NCBI GenBank assembly: GCA_039809285.1
Contig: JBDHUU010000001.1
Location: forward strand, 1 to 26,959
Length of the DNA: 26,959 nt
Origin: Candidatus Levyibacteriota bacterium
GTDB taxonomy: Bacteria; Patescibacteriota; Microgenomatia; Levybacterales; UBA12049
Direction: 5' to 3'
Shown here piece after piece: positions 25,381 through 26,959 of the stretch (positions are counted from its first letter, which is position 1; every line of letters begins with the position of its first letter). The notes below the pieces were generated by a model. That model saw nothing but the letters and a program-made list of their open reading frames with translations, was not told where the DNA came from and made no database searches. The position numbers were made by a program, and so were the translations under genes.

Positions 25381-26223
25381 TTAATTGTTCTCACTTGATT
25401 TAACCAGGTTTGAAAGGAGCATTGCGACATTAATAGGTCCGACTCCTCCAGGAACTGGTGTATAAAAGGCAGCTTTAGTGGAAATATCTTCCTCAGCATA
25501 GTCTCCGTGCAATTTTCCATCCATTCCTCTGCCCATACCAACACCTATTAAGATTACACCGTCCCTAATCATAGTACTAGTAACGACACACTCTTTTCCA
25601 ACAGCGCTGATAAGAATATCTGCATTTCTCAAAATCTCACCTCTATTGTCTGTCTTACTATCAATAATTGTAATGGGGAGATCTTTCTTTTGGAAGAAAG
25701 TAATAATAGGCATACCAGCAGTTTGGCCCTTGCCCATAATAACTACCCTTTTAGACTTTAGCCATTCTTCTAAAGTCATATCCTGATTTCCTCCTTGCTT
25801 GTACACTTCTTTCAAGATTCTCCACACGGCTAAGGCAACTGGTGCGTCAAAGGGAGTATTATCACAGAAGCCATCAACGTCCTTATTGATATTTGTTGCG
25901 TTAGTAACTTTATTTTTATCGATCTGAGGCGGAAGCGGACGTTGGATGATAATACCATGGATGATTGGATCCTCATTAAGTTCATCAATGAGATCTAAAA
26001 GTTCTCCTTCAGAAAAGTTATTTTTAAACCGGTGAATTGTGATTGCGCCACCAATTTCTTGAATCTTTAGCTCTTTTTGCCTGACATATGCTTTAGATGA
26101 CTCATCGTCTCCTATGAGGATAACTGCTAAGTGGGGTGTAATACCTTCCTCTCTCAGCTCTGCGACCCGAGTTTTAAGACTATCTAATATCCCCTGCGCA
26201 ATACTTTTTCCATCAATAACCAT
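25381..26223 (-). CDS. folD: Bifunctional methylenetetrahydrofolate dehydrogenase/cyclohydrolase
   Basis: VIDGKSIA, YVRQK, HGIIIQRPLP, KDVDGF and TPVPGGVGPINVAMLLSNL. Confidence 0.96.
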   Translation of the reverse strand: MVIDGKSIAQGILDSLKTRVAELREEGITPHLAVILIGDDESSKAYVRQKELKIQEIGGAITIHRFKNNFSEGELLDLIDELNEDPIIHGIIIQRPLPPQIDKNKVTNATNINKDVDGFCDNTPFDAPVALAVWRILKEVYKQGGNQDMTLEEWLKSKRVVIMGKGQTAGMPIITFFQKKDLPITIIDSKTDNRGEILRNADILISAVGKECVVTSTMIRDGVILIGVGMGRGMDGKLHGDYAEEDISTKAAFYTPVPGGVGPINVAMLLSNLVKSSENN

Positions 26224-26229
26224 GAGGGT

Positions 26230-26235
26230 ATTATA
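26230..26235 (-). promoter_or_regulatory. -10 box for folD, leaderless geometry
   Basis: TATAAT 6 nt upstream of the ATG; no clear -35. Confidence 0.6.
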
Positions 26236-26388
26236 TACTAAAAGCTTCTTTCAGGAGAAATTAGAAGAAGCGGGATTCGTCTGAAGCATCTTTGTCAAAA
26301 AGAATTTGAGGATTTGGCTGCGGATCTGGAATTTCGTTACCATTTAGGTCTTTAGTTCCTTTTGGATTACAATGTTAACTTAATTTAT

Positions 26389-26959
26389 TTAAGCTTTTTT
26401 GACACAAGTGGCAGCTGCCACACGATCAGCAGGATTTGAGAAGCGCATAAGGATTACTCCTTGTGTATCACGATGAAGTCGAGGAATGGAGACGATTTCT
26501 AACTTTACGACTTGTCCGCGCTTACTGGTAATAATAAGCTCTTCACTATTAGGTGGAATAATCTGGGATACTGCAACATTGCCTGTCTTGTCACTTACTT
26601 TAGCAACTTTTACGCCCTGCCCTCCCCTTTCTTGCTTAGGGAATTGGGTAACGATTGTCTTCTTGCCTAGCCCATTTTCCATAATAGTAAGAAGTTCGGC
26701 TGTGACATCCCCTTTGTTGAGAACATCCATACTGATTACTTCATCTCCAGGAATAAGTTTGATACCTCGGACGCCAATAGTTCCACGTCCTAGAGGTCTT
26801 ACAGATTTTTCGGAAAATCTAATTGCTTTTCCTTGGCGTGTCACCAAGAGCACATCATCATCTCCCGTTGAGATCTTACTCCACACGAGCTCATCTCCGG
26901 TATCGAGCTTAATTGCGATCATACCGTTACGGCGGATATTGTCAAACTCCGAGACGCTT
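26389..26959 (-). CDS. gyrA: DNA gyrase subunit A, C-terminal beta-pinwheel (5'-truncated by window edge)
   Basis: Pinwheel repeats (GKAIRF..VRPLGRGTIGVRGIKL; QERGGQGV; RDTQGVILMR). The frame is open to the window end. Confidence 0.93.
   Translation of the reverse strand, partial: SVSEFDNIRRNGMIAIKLDTGDELVWSKISTGDDDVLLVTRQGKAIRFSEKSVRPLGRGTIGVRGIKLIPGDEVISMDVLNKGDVTAELLTIMENGLGKKTIVTQFPKQERGGQGVKVAKVSDKTGNVAVSQIIPPNSEELIITSKRGQVVKLEIVSIPRLHRDTQGVILMRFSNPADRVAAATCVKKA

Noticed and set aside
795-25544. The many 60-135 aa ORFs in the track that are antisense to, or out of frame within, recognised genes (e.g. 795-1124, 6777-7061, 9627-9944, 9953-10222, 13209-13550, 14632-14910, 20307-20708, 25320-25544)
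   Set aside because: They lie inside or across well-supported genes or regulatory elements, and show no motifs or initiation signals. They are shadow ORFs.
26251-26371. Short minus-strand frames between gyrA and folD: 30-aa MVTKFQIRSQ... (26251-26343) and a start-less 36-codon frame CNPKGTKD...ESRFF (26261-26371)
   Set aside because: They are mutually overlapping, and neither has both a good start context and a recognisable motif. This may be a gene remnant but cannot be supported.
1-26959. Alternative genetic code (TGA read as Gly or Trp)
   Set aside because: TGA terminates several full-length conserved genes, such as carA at its ATGA overlap with carB and the DUF4230 gene, and no gene is interrupted by an in-frame TGA.

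Overview
About 27 kb of AT-rich bacterial chromosome using the standard genetic code. The compact gene set and protein style suggest Patescibacteria/CPR, possibly Microgenomates-like (inference, no database search). The left part is almost all + strand: pepA (5'-truncated), efp, an MFS transporter, a divergent lgt, rluA, two unannotated small ORFs, a LytR_C protein, a TPR protein (-), yebC and a membrane protein. An 833-bp repeat-rich non-coding gap (8358-9190) sits where gene orientation flips. It contains a symmetric 11-6-11 dif-like site, making it a candidate replication terminus. The right part is mostly - strand: a Tat-motif hypothetical, trehalase, transaldolase, then three + strand genes (DUF4230, a hypothetical, a Xer recombinase), SIMPL, a hypothetical, a Crp/Fnr regulator, an ABC-2 exporter, a pyrB-carA-carB-pyrC operon, folD and the 3' end of gyrA. 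Main observations: (1) a candidate single-Xer palindromic dif/terminus system; (2) an unfused operon resembling eukaryotic CAD in sequence; (3) two terminator-like attenuators controlling that operon; (4) many apparently leaderless transcription units; (5) a tiny Lys-rich gene with a perfect 11-nt Shine-Dalgarno. No rRNA, tRNA, CRISPR array or transposase was seen.
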